From NCBI GenBank assembly GCA_963756865.1, contig CAVWPQ010000020.1, positions 185,898-249,897 of the forward strand: a stretch of DNA of 64,000 bases, written 5' to 3'. The position numbers and the translations under genes are program-made. Numbering within the stretch: position 1 is the first letter of the stretch; each line of letters starts with the position of its first letter. This DNA comes from an uncultured Actinomycetota bacterium (lineage in GTDB: Bacteria; Actinomycetota; Actinomycetes; Mycobacteriales; Mycobacteriaceae). Below the pieces are notes generated by a model. The model was not told the DNA's origin. It did no database searches and was given only the letters and a program-made list of their open reading frames with translations. This document shows positions 1-10,653 of the stretch, piece by piece.

Positions 1-1046
1 AAGTTGGCGTGGCCGTCGGCGGCCGTCGCGTGCGGGGTGTCGCACCCCGCGGCAGACCCTGGTGAACCACGTTATGGTCTCTTCCCGCATCGGCCCCCAG
101 AGCAAGCCGTCCGACACGTCGCCGGGCGGGTAGCTGCCGATGAAATCGACATGTCGCGGTCGGCGGGGGTGCGAACCCGCGGCTGGTGTAGCCGGCAGGC
201 TGGCCGACTTCCGACGCGATGATGACGTCGCGGTGCGTGTCCTCGATATCGATGACACCGCGCGTGCCGACGATGCCGATCTCCAATCCGTAGACGGCGC
301 CGGGCCATACCGTCGGGCAGTGCCCAGTTGATGTTCATGCTGAACACCACGCCGTCGTCCATCGTGAAGATGCCCGACGTGCCGTCCTTCGTGCCGATGG
401 GCCCGAGCGTGCGATCGGTCGAGCGGGCGTACACCTCGACCGGCGGCTGCCCTCCATCAGCCACATGCACATGTCGAGGCTGTGCGTGCCGGACACCACC
501 ATGGGTGTCAGCCGTGGTGTCGTCGGACTTTGCGCAGCGTCGCCTCCGGCACCATCCGGTTCATGAATGCACGGGTGATAACCGTTGTGACGTCGCCGAT
601 CTGGCCGTCGCGCAAACGCTGCTTGACGGTCTGGAACCGGCGCCGGAACCGCTGGGTATAGCCGACGACGGCGTCGACGCCCGCATCCTCGATCGCCGCT
701 AGTACCCGCGCCGAATCGGCGGGATCCGTCGCGAGCGGCTTCTCGATGAACAGCGGCACGCCGAGCTCGACGGAACGCAGGATCGGTTCGACGTGCACCC
801 GTTCGTCGGTCGCGACGATGATCGCCCCGATCTCGGGTCTGGCGAGCAACTCGGCGAGATCGGTGGTGGCGAAGTCCGCGCGACGTCGTCGGCCAGCGTC
901 TTGAGCGTCGGTTCGTCGACATCGCACAGACCGAGCCACCCGATACCCGGGTATTCGCGGGCGAGCACCGCACGGATCCGTCCGACGGTGCCGCATCCGA
1001 TGACCGCGAGGCCGACGGTGCCGTGTGCCTTGAGCGGGCCGGTCAC
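1..1046 (-). pseudogene. Gfo/Idh/MocA family oxidoreductase, split over several frames and running off the window edge (pseudogene or sequencing errors)
   Basis: GLAVIGCGTVG Rossmann motif (699..1046 frame), LFIEKPLA and VGYTQRF (508..996 frame), GTHSLD (335..973 frame), VEVYARS (72..470 frame). Confidence 0.8.
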
Positions 1047-2059
1047 GTCAACCCCAGCAGCCGGGCGGCGTTACCGCCCGCGATGAGGTCGATCTGCGCC
1101 TGGTCGATGCCCTCGGCGGTGCCGAGAAAGGCGAGCGGATCATCGTCGCCCATGTCGTACGGGTAGTCCGTGCCGAGCAGTACATGTTCGGCCCCGTAGA
1201 GATTCACCAGATACTCCAGCTGGCCCGGTTCGAACACCATCGTGTCGAAGAAGAACTTGCGCAGATACGACGTCGGCGGCTGCGGGACGCCCTCACGTAT
1301 GTCGTCGCGCGCGCGCCAACCGTGGTCCATCCGCCCCGCGTAGGCAGGAAGGTATCCGCCGCCGTGCACGACGAGGATCTTGAGGTTCGGGTGGCGTTCG
1401 ACGACGCCGTTGAAGATGAGATGCGCGGTGGCCAGAGTGGCTTCGAACGCGTGGCCCATGATGTTGACGAAGTTGTGGTCCTGCATCCGCTGCGGGTGGG
1501 TGGCGCCCTGGGTGTGGATGACGACGACAAGCCCCAGCGCCTCCACCTCGGCCCAGAACGGCTCGAGGCGCTCGCTGGAGATCTCCTCGCCCTCGACGTG
1601 GGTGCCGATTTCGATGCCCCGCATACCGAGATCGTTTGCGAGATAACGCAGTTCCTGGATCGCAGCGTCGGTGTCCTGCAGTGGCACGGTGCCCAAGGGC
1701 TGGAATCGCCCCGGATACTTCGCCGTCGACTCGACGAACTCCTCGTTCATCACCCGCGCGACCTTGGCCCCCAGTTCGGGGTCGGCCCAGTAGTAGTACT
1801 GATACACCGCGACCGCCACGGCCTGAACGTCCACACCCATGCGATCCATGTCGGCGATGCGGACATCGAGGATGTCCATCTTCGGCCTGATCGTCTCGAG
1901 TTGACGCCGGTTCACCGCCTGGGTGATGGGGTTGCCGTGGCCAAGGGCCACCTTCCCGGCTGCGCGTGCGGGCTCGGCCATGATCTCGGCCGCCGGTGCG
2001 CATTCTCGATGGCAGTGGATGTCAATGACCGGCCCGTCGCTACGGAACGCCCTGACCAC
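1043..2059 (-). CDS. Amidohydrolase_2 family protein (ACMSD/decarboxylase-like)
   Basis: IDIHCH, VVHGGG, FFFDT, LLGTDYPY and GGNAARLL motifs; overlaps the oxidoreductase start by 4 nt. Confidence 0.9.
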   Translation of the reverse strand: MVRAFRSDGPVIDIHCHRECAPAAEIMAEPARAAGKVALGHGNPITQAVNRRQLETIRPKMDILDVRIADMDRMGVDVQAVAVAVYQYYYWADPELGAKVARVMNEEFVESTAKYPGRFQPLGTVPLQDTDAAIQELRYLANDLGMRGIEIGTHVEGEEISSERLEPFWAEVEALGLVVVIHTQGATHPQRMQDHNFVNIMGHAFEATLATAHLIFNGVVERHPNLKILVVHGGGYLPAYAGRMDHGWRARDDIREGVPQPPTSYLRKFFFDTMVFEPGQLEYLVNLYGAEHVLLGTDYPYDMGDDDPLAFLGTAEGIDQAQIDLIAGGNAARLLGLT

Positions 2060-2173
2060 GCTGTGCTTCTCCCTCCGATGGGCTCAAGCGTCAGAGTAGG
2101 ACGTGCTCCCCAGGCTCACACTGCCGTCTGCCGTGAATGTGCGTCCGCCGGTCTCCCGGGCTCCGGCATGGAC

Positions 2174-3391
2174 CTACACGTGGGCCGTGCGGCGCGATTC
2201 GCGCGCTTCGCGGACCAGGATCGCGGCCAGGCAGGCGGTCGCCAGGACCGCAACCGCCACCGCGAACGTCAGCCCGGCGGTCCGCAGCCCCCATGCCTGA
2301 GTGGCTAGGCCCTCGCCGACGACGGGCAGCGAGATCGCGATGTAGGCGACGACGAAGTACGTCGAGCTCACCTCGGCGCGACGGTCGGCCGGTGCGCCCT
2401 CCATGACCGCGGCCAAGCCCCTGCTGAAGCTGACACCCTGCCCGACGCCCGAAACAATCGCAGCTGCGACGACGCCCGCCAACGACGAGAAGTGCAGTGC
2501 CACTGCCAGAATCACCATTCCGACCACCAGGATCGCGCAGCCGAGCGCCACCGCGCGGTGCGGGCTCACGTTGGTGGATGCCAGTTGTCCGACCGCCGAT
2601 GCGAAGAAGATCGACGCGACGACGAGTCCGGCGACCGCGTGGTTGTCGATGCCGATGACGCCGGCCAGGAACGACGGCGCCACCGCAGTGAACAGCCCTG
2701 TCACCGCGAACCCGGCGAACGCCGCGAGTGCGGCGATGACGAACATCGGACGGACTTCGGCGGGCACCGACACCCGCTGAACGCTGATGGAACCGGTGCG
2801 CGGCGAGGTTTCGGGCGCGTACGCCACGGCGGCCGCAGCCAGCAGGGCGAGCACGATGTGCACCGCGAAGCTCAGCTGCAGGGGAGCGGGCGCGTATTCC
2901 ACGAGGACACCGGACAACAGGGGGCCGATGCCGAGCGCGCCGATGTTGGCGATGGTCGCGACCGAGGCCGCACGGGGTCGCCATTGCGGTGGCGCCGCCT
3001 CGATGACAGCTGCGGTCGCGGTCCCTGCGAACAATCCTGCCGAGAGCCCGGACAGCACCCGCCCGACGAGCAGGACCGCGACCGAATCGGCGAACAGGAA
3101 GACCACACCGCTGAGCACGGCGCTTGTCGCCCCGGCGAGCAACACTGGCCGCCTGCCGACCGTGTCGGACCATCGCCCGAACACGATCAGCGTGAGCAGC
3201 ACACCACCCGCATAGGTGGCGTAGATGATCGTCGTGGTCAGCACTGAGAAATGCAGGTGCTCGCCGTACAGCGCGTACATCGGGGTGGGCAGCGCAGTAC
3301 CCGCCATGATCGCCGCGAACGCGTACGCGAGCAGCGGGAACGCGTACCGACGTCGAGGCGAGGTTTCGAGCACGTAGGTTTTCAGCAGCAA
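2174..3391 (-). CDS. MFS transporter
   Basis: About 12 hydrophobic segments; MFS motif A GRWSDTVGRRPV. Start uncertain. Confidence 0.9.
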   Translation of the reverse strand: MLLKTYVLETSPRRRYAFPLLAYAFAAIMAGTALPTPMYALYGEHLHFSVLTTTIIYATYAGGVLLTLIVFGRWSDTVGRRPVLLAGATSAVLSGVVFLFADSVAVLLVGRVLSGLSAGLFAGTATAAVIEAAPPQWRPRAASVATIANIGALGIGPLLSGVLVEYAPAPLQLSFAVHIVLALLAAAAVAYAPETSPRTGSISVQRVSVPAEVRPMFVIAALAAFAGFAVTGLFTAVAPSFLAGVIGIDNHAVAGLVVASIFFASAVGQLASTNVSPHRAVALGCAILVVGMVILAVALHFSSLAGVVAAAIVSGVGQGVSFSRGLAAVMEGAPADRRAEVSSTYFVVAYIAISLPVVGEGLATQAWGLRTAGLTFAVAVAVLATACLAAILVREARESRRTAHV

Positions 3392-3423
3392 AGGCCGATC
3401 GCGTTATTCCACCGAAGCGGTTC

Positions 3424-5064
3424 TCAGTGCGAACTCACAGCCTTCTCTGCGCCAACACCGGTCAGCGTCCGCACCTCGAACTCCGCGTTCACTTCGGGAT
3501 TGCCACGGTCCGACGACGTCAAAGTTCCGACGATGCCCAGGATGAATGCGAGCGGAATCGACACGATGCCCGGGTTGGCCAGTGGGAACCAGGCGAAGTC
3601 GACGTTCGGCAACATCGCTGTCTTGGCGCCCGACACCGCGGGCGAGAAGATGATCAGCACGATCGTCGAGATCAGTCCGCCGTACATGCTCCACAGCGCA
3701 CCGCGCGTGTTGAACCGTTCCCAGTACAGCGAATAAACAATCGTCGGCAGGTTGGCTGCGGCCGCCACCGCGAAAGCGAGCGCAACCAGGAACGCGATGT
3801 TCTGTTCGGCGGCCAGGATTCCCAGCAGGATCGCCAGAATTCCGATCACCACGACGGTGATGCGGGATACCCGAACCTGTTCGCTCTCGGTCACATCGTT
3901 GTTCTTGAGCACGCTGGCGTAGATGTCGTGCGCAAACGACGTCGCCGCGGTGATGGTGAGGCCCGCGACGACAGCAAGGATGGTTGCGAACGCCACCGCT
4001 GAGATGATTCCGAGCAGGACGACGCCGCCCAGCTCGAACGCCAGCAGTGGGGCGGCCGAGTTCTGCGCACCCGGGGCCGCGCGGATCGTGTCGGGTCCGA
4101 CGAGTGCCGCGGCCCCGTAGCCCAGTGCCAGGGTGAAAAGATAGAAGGCGCCGATCAGGACGATTGCCCACACCACCGAACGGCGGGCTTCTTTGGCGGT
4201 CGGCACTGTGTAGAAGCGCATCAGCACATGCGGCAGACCCGCGGTGCCGAATACGAGCGCGAGCGCCAGCGAAATGAAGTTGATCTGCGACGTCAGGCTG
4301 CCGCCGTACTGGGCGCCTGGGGCCAGCACGTCGCGCCCGGCGACGGCTTCGTTCGTTGATCCGGAGACGGCGGTTTGGGCCGCGCCGAGCATTTCGGAAA
4401 AGTTGAAACCGAACTTGGCCAGCACCCAGACAGTCATCATCGCGGCGCCGCCGATCAGCAGGACCGCCTTGATGATCTGCACCCACGTCGTGCCCTTCAT
4501 CCCGCCGATGAGGACATAAACGATCATCAGAAGGCCGACGACCGCGATCACGACGGCTTGGCCGACATCGCTGGAGATGTTGAGCAGCAGCGCCACCAGT
4601 CCACCCGCGCCCGCCATCTGCGCCAGTAGGTAGAACAGGCACACCGCGAGCGTGGTGATGGCGGCGGCCAGGCGTACCGGGCGTTGCTTGAGTCGGAAGC
4701 TCAGCACGTCGGCCATCGTGAATTTACCTGCGTTGCGCAGCAATTCGGCGACCAAGAGCAATGCGACGAGCCAGGCGACCAGGAAGCCGATGGAGTAGAG
4801 GAAGCCGTCGTACCCGTAGACGGCGATGGCTCCAGCGATGCCGAGGAAGCTGGCGGCGGACAGATAGTCACCCGAGATCGCGATGCCGTTCTGCGGGCCG
4901 GTGAAAGAGCGTCCGGCCGTGAAGAACTCGGCCGCTGTCGCGTTCTTCTTGCTGGCCCTGATCACGATGAAGAGCGTGATCGCGACGAAGAGTAGGAAGA
5001 TCCCGATGTTGGCGACGGGGTTGCCGATGGTTTCGCCTTCGGCCGCCAAGAGGTGGATGGTCAT
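3424..5064 (-). CDS. actP: Cation/acetate symporter (sodium:solute symporter family)
   Basis: QNGIAISGDYLSAASFLG and GLPHVLMRFYTV motifs; paired with DUF485. Confidence 0.9.
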   Translation of the reverse strand: MTIHLLAAEGETIGNPVANIGIFLLFVAITLFIVIRASKKNATAAEFFTAGRSFTGPQNGIAISGDYLSAASFLGIAGAIAVYGYDGFLYSIGFLVAWLVALLLVAELLRNAGKFTMADVLSFRLKQRPVRLAAAITTLAVCLFYLLAQMAGAGGLVALLLNISSDVGQAVVIAVVGLLMIVYVLIGGMKGTTWVQIIKAVLLIGGAAMMTVWVLAKFGFNFSEMLGAAQTAVSGSTNEAVAGRDVLAPGAQYGGSLTSQINFISLALALVFGTAGLPHVLMRFYTVPTAKEARRSVVWAIVLIGAFYLFTLALGYGAAALVGPDTIRAAPGAQNSAAPLLAFELGGVVLLGIISAVAFATILAVVAGLTITAATSFAHDIYASVLKNNDVTESEQVRVSRITVVVIGILAILLGILAAEQNIAFLVALAFAVAAAANLPTIVYSLYWERFNTRGALWSMYGGLISTIVLIIFSPAVSGAKTAMLPNVDFAWFPLANPGIVSIPLAFILGIVGTLTSSDRGNPEVNAEFEVRTLTGVGAEKAVSSH

Positions 5065-5447
5065 GCCGCGTCGCCTTCCAGCTCGGAACGGATGGCTTCG
5101 GCGCGCGGATCGAGTTCACGGTTCGCGAATCGCACGTAGATGAAGGTGATCAGGAAGGTCGTGAAGAACTGGCCGAGGCCGACGAGGATGCCGACATTGA
5201 TGTCGCCCCAGACCTTGGTTGCCATGAAGTCATGGGCGAACGCACCCAGGATCACGTAGAGGAAGTACCAGATCAGGAATGCCGCCGTCATCGGAAAGAC
5301 GAAGCGACGCAGCCTGTTCCGCAGCTCTTGGAACTCAGGGCTGGCTTGGACGGCGATGAATTCCTGACCGCTCACAGCTGGGGCGGGCGGAAGGTCGGTA
5401 TCGGACAAGGCGGACTCCTGACCTCGATCTGAAATTGTGCGGTTCAC
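5061..5447 (-). CDS. DUF485 membrane protein (ActP partner)
   Basis: SPEFQELR..RRFVFP, two TM segments, YVRFANRELDP; ATGA overlap with actP. Confidence 0.85.
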   Translation of the reverse strand: MNRTISDRGQESALSDTDLPPAPAVSGQEFIAVQASPEFQELRNRLRRFVFPMTAAFLIWYFLYVILGAFAHDFMATKVWGDINVGILVGLGQFFTTFLITFIYVRFANRELDPRAEAIRSELEGDAA

Positions 5448-5578
5448 AGGATACTGAGACCTAGTTCACAGGCGAGGGTTCCCGCCCTGCGTCGCAATCA
5501 AACCGCCGATGAGCAAGTCCAGAGGTGTTGAAGGAGTCGATCAACGGGTCGAAGCCCGCGGCTAACAGTCGTCGCCAC

Positions 5579-5875
5579 CTACTGAACTGGGCAGGCGTAT
5601 TTTCTGGCCACGTCGAACACCCGCTCCTGTGCGCCGGGGCCGATGACCCCTTGAGCAGCCATCTCCAAGCCGATGTATCCCGGTATGCCGCCCACGCACG
5701 CTTGGTGGGCAACACGCCACGCGGTGTCTGGATTCAGGTTGTAGCCGTTGCGTTGCAGGCCTTGCATGTATTCGTCGAAAGCTGGCGTGCCCTGGTCGGG
5801 TATCGCATTCGCCGCGGTGGCCAAGGTTATGGCGGTCACCACCGCCGCAAGTAGTGGTGCAACTACACGTCTCAT
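5579..5875 (-). CDS. Small secreted two-Cys protein (DUF732-like)
   Basis: Signal peptide ending ANA|IP; mature domain with two Cys (QAC, YACP). Confidence 0.7.
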   Translation of the reverse strand: MRRVVAPLLAAVVTAITLATAANAIPDQGTPAFDEYMQGLQRNGYNLNPDTAWRVAHQACVGGIPGYIGLEMAAQGVIGPGAQERVFDVARKYACPVQ

Positions 5876-5981
5876 GTTCATCCCCCACGGACCCAACACC
5901 GGCTGTCGTGTACACGTTCGCACAGACCACCGACACAGATCCGTGAATTGTCACTACCGGCTCACGCTCTAAACTCGACAG

Positions 5982-6560
5982 GTGCCCACCCTCCAGCTGG
6001 CCCAGGATCCGGCGGCCGATGCCCTGCTCGAGTCCAACCCCTTCGCGTTGCTGGTCGGCATGCTTCTCGACCAGCAGATCCCGCTCGAAGTCGCGTTCGC
6101 GGGCCCGAAGAAGATCGCTGATCGGATGGGTGGCGTGGACCCACGCGAGATCGCCGACTACGACCCGGATAAGTTCGCTGCGCTGTGCTCGGAACGGCCT
6201 GCCGTCCATCGTTTTCCTGGATCGATGGCAAAGCGCATCCAGTCGTTGGCGCACATCATCGTCGACCGCTACGGCGGTGACGCGGCAGCGGTGTGGGCCG
6301 CTGGTGACCCTGACGGCGCCGAGGTGCTTGCCCGGCTCAAGGAGTTGCCCGGCTTCGGCGACCAGAAAGCGCGAATCTTCCTGGCGCTGTTGGGTAAACA
6401 GTACGGCGTGACGCCCAAGGGATGGCGTGCGGCAGCGGGCGATTACGGTAAGGCGGGCTCGCATCTGTCGGTTGCCGACATCGTCGACGGCGGCTCCCTG
6501 GAGAAGGTGCGGTCGTACAAGAAGCAGATGAAAGCGGCGGCCAAGGCGGCCAAGAAGTAG
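5982..6560 (+). CDS. HhH-GPD-type base excision repair protein (Rv1156-like)
   Basis: LLVGMLLDQQ and LPGFGDQKA HhH motif; synteny. Confidence 0.9.
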   Translation: MPTLQLAQDPAADALLESNPFALLVGMLLDQQIPLEVAFAGPKKIADRMGGVDPREIADYDPDKFAALCSERPAVHRFPGSMAKRIQSLAHIIVDRYGGDAAAVWAAGDPDGAEVLARLKELPGFGDQKARIFLALLGKQYGVTPKGWRAAAGDYGKAGSHLSVADIVDGGSLEKVRSYKKQMKAAAKAAKK

Positions 6561-6564
6561 GCCC

Positions 6565-7224
6565 TCAGAACGGGTCGCCGTCGAAGCGCTCCCTGGTGGC
6601 GAATTCCGAAACGGGTTTGCGTGTGAGCTTCTTGACCTGTTTCACCGGTTTGCCGATCGGCAGCAGCGCGGCGATCGCGTAGTCGTCGGGGATGGCGAGC
6701 AGTTCCTTGACGCGAGGCTCCTCCGCCACCGCCATGGTGGTCAACACGCCGCCGTAGCCCTCATTGCGCGCTGCCAGCAGGATGTTCCACACGAACGGGT
6801 AGACGGATGCGCCAGGGATGACGGCGATGCGGTCAAGGTACTGATCGAAGGCCGCGCAGACGTTCAGGTCGACACACACCACCAGGACAGCGCCTGCGGT
6901 GAGCACGGGTGCGCCGAGATAGGGCGGCACCTCGGTGGCGGCCACCTCTTCGGCGGAAACCTTCATGGGCTGCACGGGATTCCACGGCCCCTCGCCGTTC
7001 TTGGTCTGCGCCAGGTAGCGCTGCGCGCCGGTGACGCTGAGCTCGACGATCGCCTCGCGGGTCGCCCGGTCCCTGACCACGACGACATGGGCGCCCTGCC
7101 GGTTTCCGCCGCTCGGCGCGAACCGGGCGTTGTCGAGGATTCGTTCGATCACCTCGTCGGGCAGCGGGTCATCGGTGAATCGGCGGACCGCACCCGTTGT
7201 GCGCATGACGTCGTATAACTCCAT
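6565..7224 (-). CDS. Nitroreductase family protein
   Basis: VRRFTDDP, APSGGNRQ, LLAARNEGYG. Confidence 0.9.
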   Translation of the reverse strand: MELYDVMRTTGAVRRFTDDPLPDEVIERILDNARFAPSGGNRQGAHVVVVRDRATREAIVELSVTGAQRYLAQTKNGEGPWNPVQPMKVSAEEVAATEVPPYLGAPVLTAGAVLVVCVDLNVCAAFDQYLDRIAVIPGASVYPFVWNILLAARNEGYGGVLTTMAVAEEPRVKELLAIPDDYAIAALLPIGKPVKQVKKLTRKPVSEFATRERFDGDPF

Positions 7225-7256
7225 GCCCTACATCTTGACTGTGGGATCGTAGAGAG

Positions 7257-7403
7257 ATGAAGACCCACCTGAACTGTCCGTGCGGAGAGGCGATCACCGG
7301 CTCGGATGAGGACGATCTCGTCGAGAAGGCGCAGAAGCACCTTTCCGAGCAGCATCCCGGCCGCGAGTACGACCGGGACGCCATCCTCTTCATGGCTTAC
7401 TGA
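7257..7403 (+). CDS. 48-aa small metal-binding protein (DUF1059-like), MKTHLNCPCGEAITGSDEDDLVEKAQKHLSEQHPGREYDRDAILFMAY
   Basis: Translated by hand (below the ORF-track cutoff); CPCG...H...HP pattern; typical codon usage. Confidence 0.8.
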   Translation: MKTHLNCPCGEAITGSDEDDLVEKAQKHLSEQHPGREYDRDAILFMAY

Positions 7404-8344
7404 GTTAGCTCAGGCACCACCGTCGAGCCGATGGTGGGCAGGAACTGGCACTGCTTCTCGGTGGTGGTCACCTGGCCGAAGATCGTCGACATGATGCTGC
7501 CCGCGCCGGTGTCGACGATGGCCGAGAGCGTCGTCGGCCCCTCGGGGTTGATGTCAGGGCGCGGCTTGAGCGCGGCGCTCCCCGACTTGCCGGTGGTGAG
7601 GTTGACCCAGGTGACGTTCAGCGGCAGCTTCTGCTCGGCCGCCGGGCCGGGCGTGCCGATCGCGGTGAACACGTAGGCGGTCTGACCGGGCCCTGGTCCC
7701 GGTGCCGGAATCTTCGCCGGTCCCGCCACCGAAATGGCTGTCGCCAGCACGTTTCCGCCGTCCTTCAGGCATCCGTTGCTGATCGAGGGATACATGAAGT
7801 CCTGCGTCGGCGGCGCGTCGGCACCGAACTGTGGATTCGCGGCGGCCTCGGGAGCCGGCGGTGTGCCGTCTGGAGCCGGTGCGGGTGCCGCTGCCACCTC
7901 GGGTGCCGCCGCCGCATCGGGGGCGGGCACGGGCAGGGCGTCGGGCGCCGGTCCGACGGCGTGCGCCGGGTCGACGCCCGCGGGTAGATGAGCCTCGGTG
8001 CCCGGCGCCGCGCCAGGAGCAGGCACGTGCGCGGCGGCCGGTTGTGCGACGAAATCATTGACCGCGGACGCCATGTTCTTCGAGTCCGTGGGAGCCGCCG
8101 AATTCCCCGTGAACGCCGCGGCCGCCGCCATCAGCGTCGACACGGCGTTGTACGGATCGGAAGCCGCTTTCTGAACCGCCGGGCTCAGCCCCTCCATTGC
8201 CGACATACCCGGTGCCAGCGTGGCATCGATCGGCAGTGGAGCGGCTGGCTCGGCGTTGGCCGTACCCGTCACGCCCAGCAGCAGTGCTACCGACGAGCCG
8301 ACCGCGACGGCGGCGTTGGCGAACAGCTTGCGGGACGTTGACAT
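7397..8344 (-). CDS. Secreted Ala/Pro-rich protein, Rv1157c homolog
   Basis: Signal peptide ANA|EP; conserved C-terminal QDFMYPSI..C..LNVTWVNLTTG; synteny. Confidence 0.85.
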   Translation of the reverse strand: MSTSRKLFANAAVAVGSSVALLLGVTGTANAEPAAPLPIDATLAPGMSAMEGLSPAVQKAASDPYNAVSTLMAAAAAFTGNSAAPTDSKNMASAVNDFVAQPAAAHVPAPGAAPGTEAHLPAGVDPAHAVGPAPDALPVPAPDAAAAPEVAAAPAPAPDGTPPAPEAAANPQFGADAPPTQDFMYPSISNGCLKDGGNVLATAISVAGPAKIPAPGPGPGQTAYVFTAIGTPGPAAEQKLPLNVTWVNLTTGKSGSAALKPRPDINPEGPTTLSAIVDTGAGSIMSTIFGQVTTTEKQCQFLPTIGSTVVPELTQ

Positions 8345-8385
8345 GGTTCTCCCAAATCTTGAAGGTGTGTGGCGGTCTCAGTGGG

Positions 8386-9012
8386 TCACGGCAGGGCGCT
8401 GAGCACGGCCGCCGACGGCAACCCCGGAATGGCGGCTGCCGGTGCTGCTGCGGCAGGCGCGGCGGCAAGGGGTGCGGTCAAGGCGGGTGCGGCCAACGCG
8501 GGTGCCGTCGCGAGAGGCGCGGCAGCCGTCGCCGGTGCCGCAGGCGCGGTCAGACCCGGCAGCGACATTCCGGCCGGGAGCAACGAGGCCAGCCCTCCTG
8601 CGTTCGAAAGCGGTGCAGGCAGCGCCGAGGTGAGCGTCGAGATCGCGTTCCCGGGGACTGACGCGGCCGGCGCTGCCGGAACCGCCGGGGCGGCGGGGGC
8701 GGCAGGAAGCGTCGGAAGCTCAGGCGTCTGCGGCAGGGTCAGCGACGCGGTGGCGCTGCCAGGAGGGGGCGTGGCCGGAGTGGCGGCAGCGGCAGGGGCG
8801 GTCTGCGACATGACCGATGCCAGGCTCTGCATCAGCTGCGGTGCCGCAGCCTGAACGGTCGACAGCTGGCTGAGCAGCGCGGTGCCCGGGTTCGGCGGGG
8901 CCGGGACCGGTGCCACCGGATCGGCGGACGCCGTCGCGCTGAGTGACAGCGCGGTGACCGCGCCCGCGGCGGCGATCGTGGTCGAAACAAAGAGTTTCGC
9001 GGTGCGGTTCAT
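8386..9012 (-). CDS. Secreted Ala/Pro-rich protein, Rv1158c homolog
   Basis: Signal peptide ASA|DP; low complexity; ends LSALP; same GGGAGAACCATG RBS as the downstream gene. Confidence 0.8.
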   Translation of the reverse strand: MNRTAKLFVSTTIAAAGAVTALSLSATASADPVAPVPAPPNPGTALLSQLSTVQAAAPQLMQSLASVMSQTAPAAAATPATPPPGSATASLTLPQTPELPTLPAAPAAPAVPAAPAASVPGNAISTLTSALPAPLSNAGGLASLLPAGMSLPGLTAPAAPATAAAPLATAPALAAPALTAPLAAAPAAAAPAAAIPGLPSAAVLSALP

Positions 9013-9198
9013 GGTTCTCCCGTTCGTTGGTGGTGAGGTCTGAACCTGAAGCTAGCTAGTTACTGGTGTGGCTCAAGTGACACGTGTGGCATTTATGCAA
9101 CCGTTACTGAGGCGACGTTCTTTAGAGACCGGATCGCTAGAGTCGATCGAATAAACGACGACGTACGCGCGACGACACAGCCGCGGCTGCCTGCGCGC

Positions 9199-10374
9199 TT
9201 GGCGGCCGCGGCGCCATGGCTGCTCATCGCGAGCATCGCCGCGCGGCTCGCGTGGACCTATCTGGTGCCCAACGGCGCCAACTTCGTCGACCTTCACGTC
9301 TACGTCGGTGGCGCGGGCGCATTGGGCGAGCCGGGGACGCTGTATGACTACGTCTACGCCGATCAGACGCCGGACTTTCCGCTGCCGTTCACCTATCCGC
9401 CGTTCGCGGCAGTCGTCTTCTACCCGTTGCACCTTCTGCCGTTCGGGCTCGTCGCGTTCGCGTGGCAGATCGGCATCGTCGCCGCGCTGTACGGCGTGGT
9501 GCGCATCAGTCAGCGACTGCTCGTCACGGATGACGAACTCGCCAAGAGCAGGCGTGTCGCGATGTTGTGGACCGCTATCGGCATCTGGCTCGAACCGCTG
9601 CGCAGCACATTCGACTACGGCCAGATCAACGTGCTGCTGGTGTTGGCCGTGCTGTACGCGGTCTACAGCACGCGGTGGTGGCTGTCGGGCCTGCTGGTCG
9701 GGCTGGCTGCGGGGGTGAAGCTGACGCCTGCGGTCAGCGGGCTGTACTTCCTGGGTAAGCGGCGCTGGGGCACCGTGGTGTTCTCGGCAGTCGTGTTCTT
9801 CGCGACGATCGGGGTGTCGGCACTGGTGGTCGGCGACCAGGCCCGGTATTACTTCACCGAACTGATGGGCGACGCCAGCCGGGTGGGCCCGATCGGGACG
9901 TCGTTCAACCAATCGTGGCGCGGCGGTATCTCCCGGATCCTCGGCCACGATGCCGGCTACGGGCCGGTCGTGGTGGCGGCGATCGTCGTCACCGCCGCGG
10001 TGGCGTTCCTGGCGTGGCGGGCACTGGGCAGCGACGACCGGCTGGGCGGAATCCTGGTGGTATCGCTTTTCGGGCTGCTGCTGTCACCGATCTCGTGGAC
10101 GCACCACTGGGTGTGGGTGCTGCCGCTGATGATCTGGCTGTTGCACGGCCCGCTGCGCAGCCTGCGCGGCGCGCAGATACTCGGTTGGGGCTGGCTGGCG
10201 CTGACGATCATCGGCGTGCCGTGGTTGCTCAGCTTCGCCCAGCCGACGATCTGGGTGATCAGCAGACCCTGGTACCTCGCATGGGCGGGGCTGATCTACA
10301 TCGTGGCGACGTTGGCCACGTTGGGGTGGATCGCGACTACTCGTGCTCGCCCACGAGCCCGTCGATCTCCCTAG
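9199..10374 (+). CDS. pimE: Alpha-1,2-mannosyltransferase PimE (GT87)
   Basis: [31 protein letters not shown]; synteny. Confidence 0.92.
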   Translation: MAAAAPWLLIASIAARLAWTYLVPNGANFVDLHVYVGGAGALGEPGTLYDYVYADQTPDFPLPFTYPPFAAVVFYPLHLLPFGLVAFAWQIGIVAALYGVVRISQRLLVTDDELAKSRRVAMLWTAIGIWLEPLRSTFDYGQINVLLVLAVLYAVYSTRWWLSGLLVGLAAGVKLTPAVSGLYFLGKRRWGTVVFSAVVFFATIGVSALVVGDQARYYFTELMGDASRVGPIGTSFNQSWRGGISRILGHDAGYGPVVVAAIVVTAAVAFLAWRALGSDDRLGGILVVSLFGLLLSPISWTHHWVWVLPLMIWLLHGPLRSLRGAQILGWGWLALTIIGVPWLLSFAQPTIWVISRPWYLAWAGLIYIVATLATLGWIATTRARPRARRSP

Positions 10375-10627
10375 CCATCTCCACATCCTTATCCGTAATA
10401 CCGCCCTCGGAATGCGTGACGAGAGCGAAAGTGACTGTCCGCCAGCGGATATCGATGTCGGGATGATGGTCCTTCTGCTCAGCTCGTTCACCGACCCGGC
10501 GCACGGCGTCGATGCCGTCGAGGAAGGCGGGGAACTTGATCGACCGGCGCAGGGCGCCGTCCTTGCGTTCCCAGCCGTCGAGGTCGGGCAGCGCGGCGTC
10601 CACTTGTTCGTCCGATAACACAGCCAT
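10337..10627 (-). CDS. phhB: Pterin-4-alpha-carbinolamine dehydratase
   Basis: [10 protein letters not shown] and THSEGGIT..D motifs; start placed at MAVLSDEQ. Confidence 0.9.
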   Translation of the reverse strand: MAVLSDEQVDAALPDLDGWERKDGALRRSIKFPAFLDGIDAVRRVGERAEQKDHHPDIDIRWRTVTFALVTHSEGGITDKDVEMAREIDGLVGEHE

Positions 10628-10653
10628 GTCTGTTAGGTATACCGTCAGCCGCG

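Noticed and set aside
7397-9012. Ala/Pro-rich proteins as members of the novel leader family
   Set aside because: They have ordinary AxA|(E/D)P signal peptides and are syntenic Rv1157c/Rv1158c homologs.
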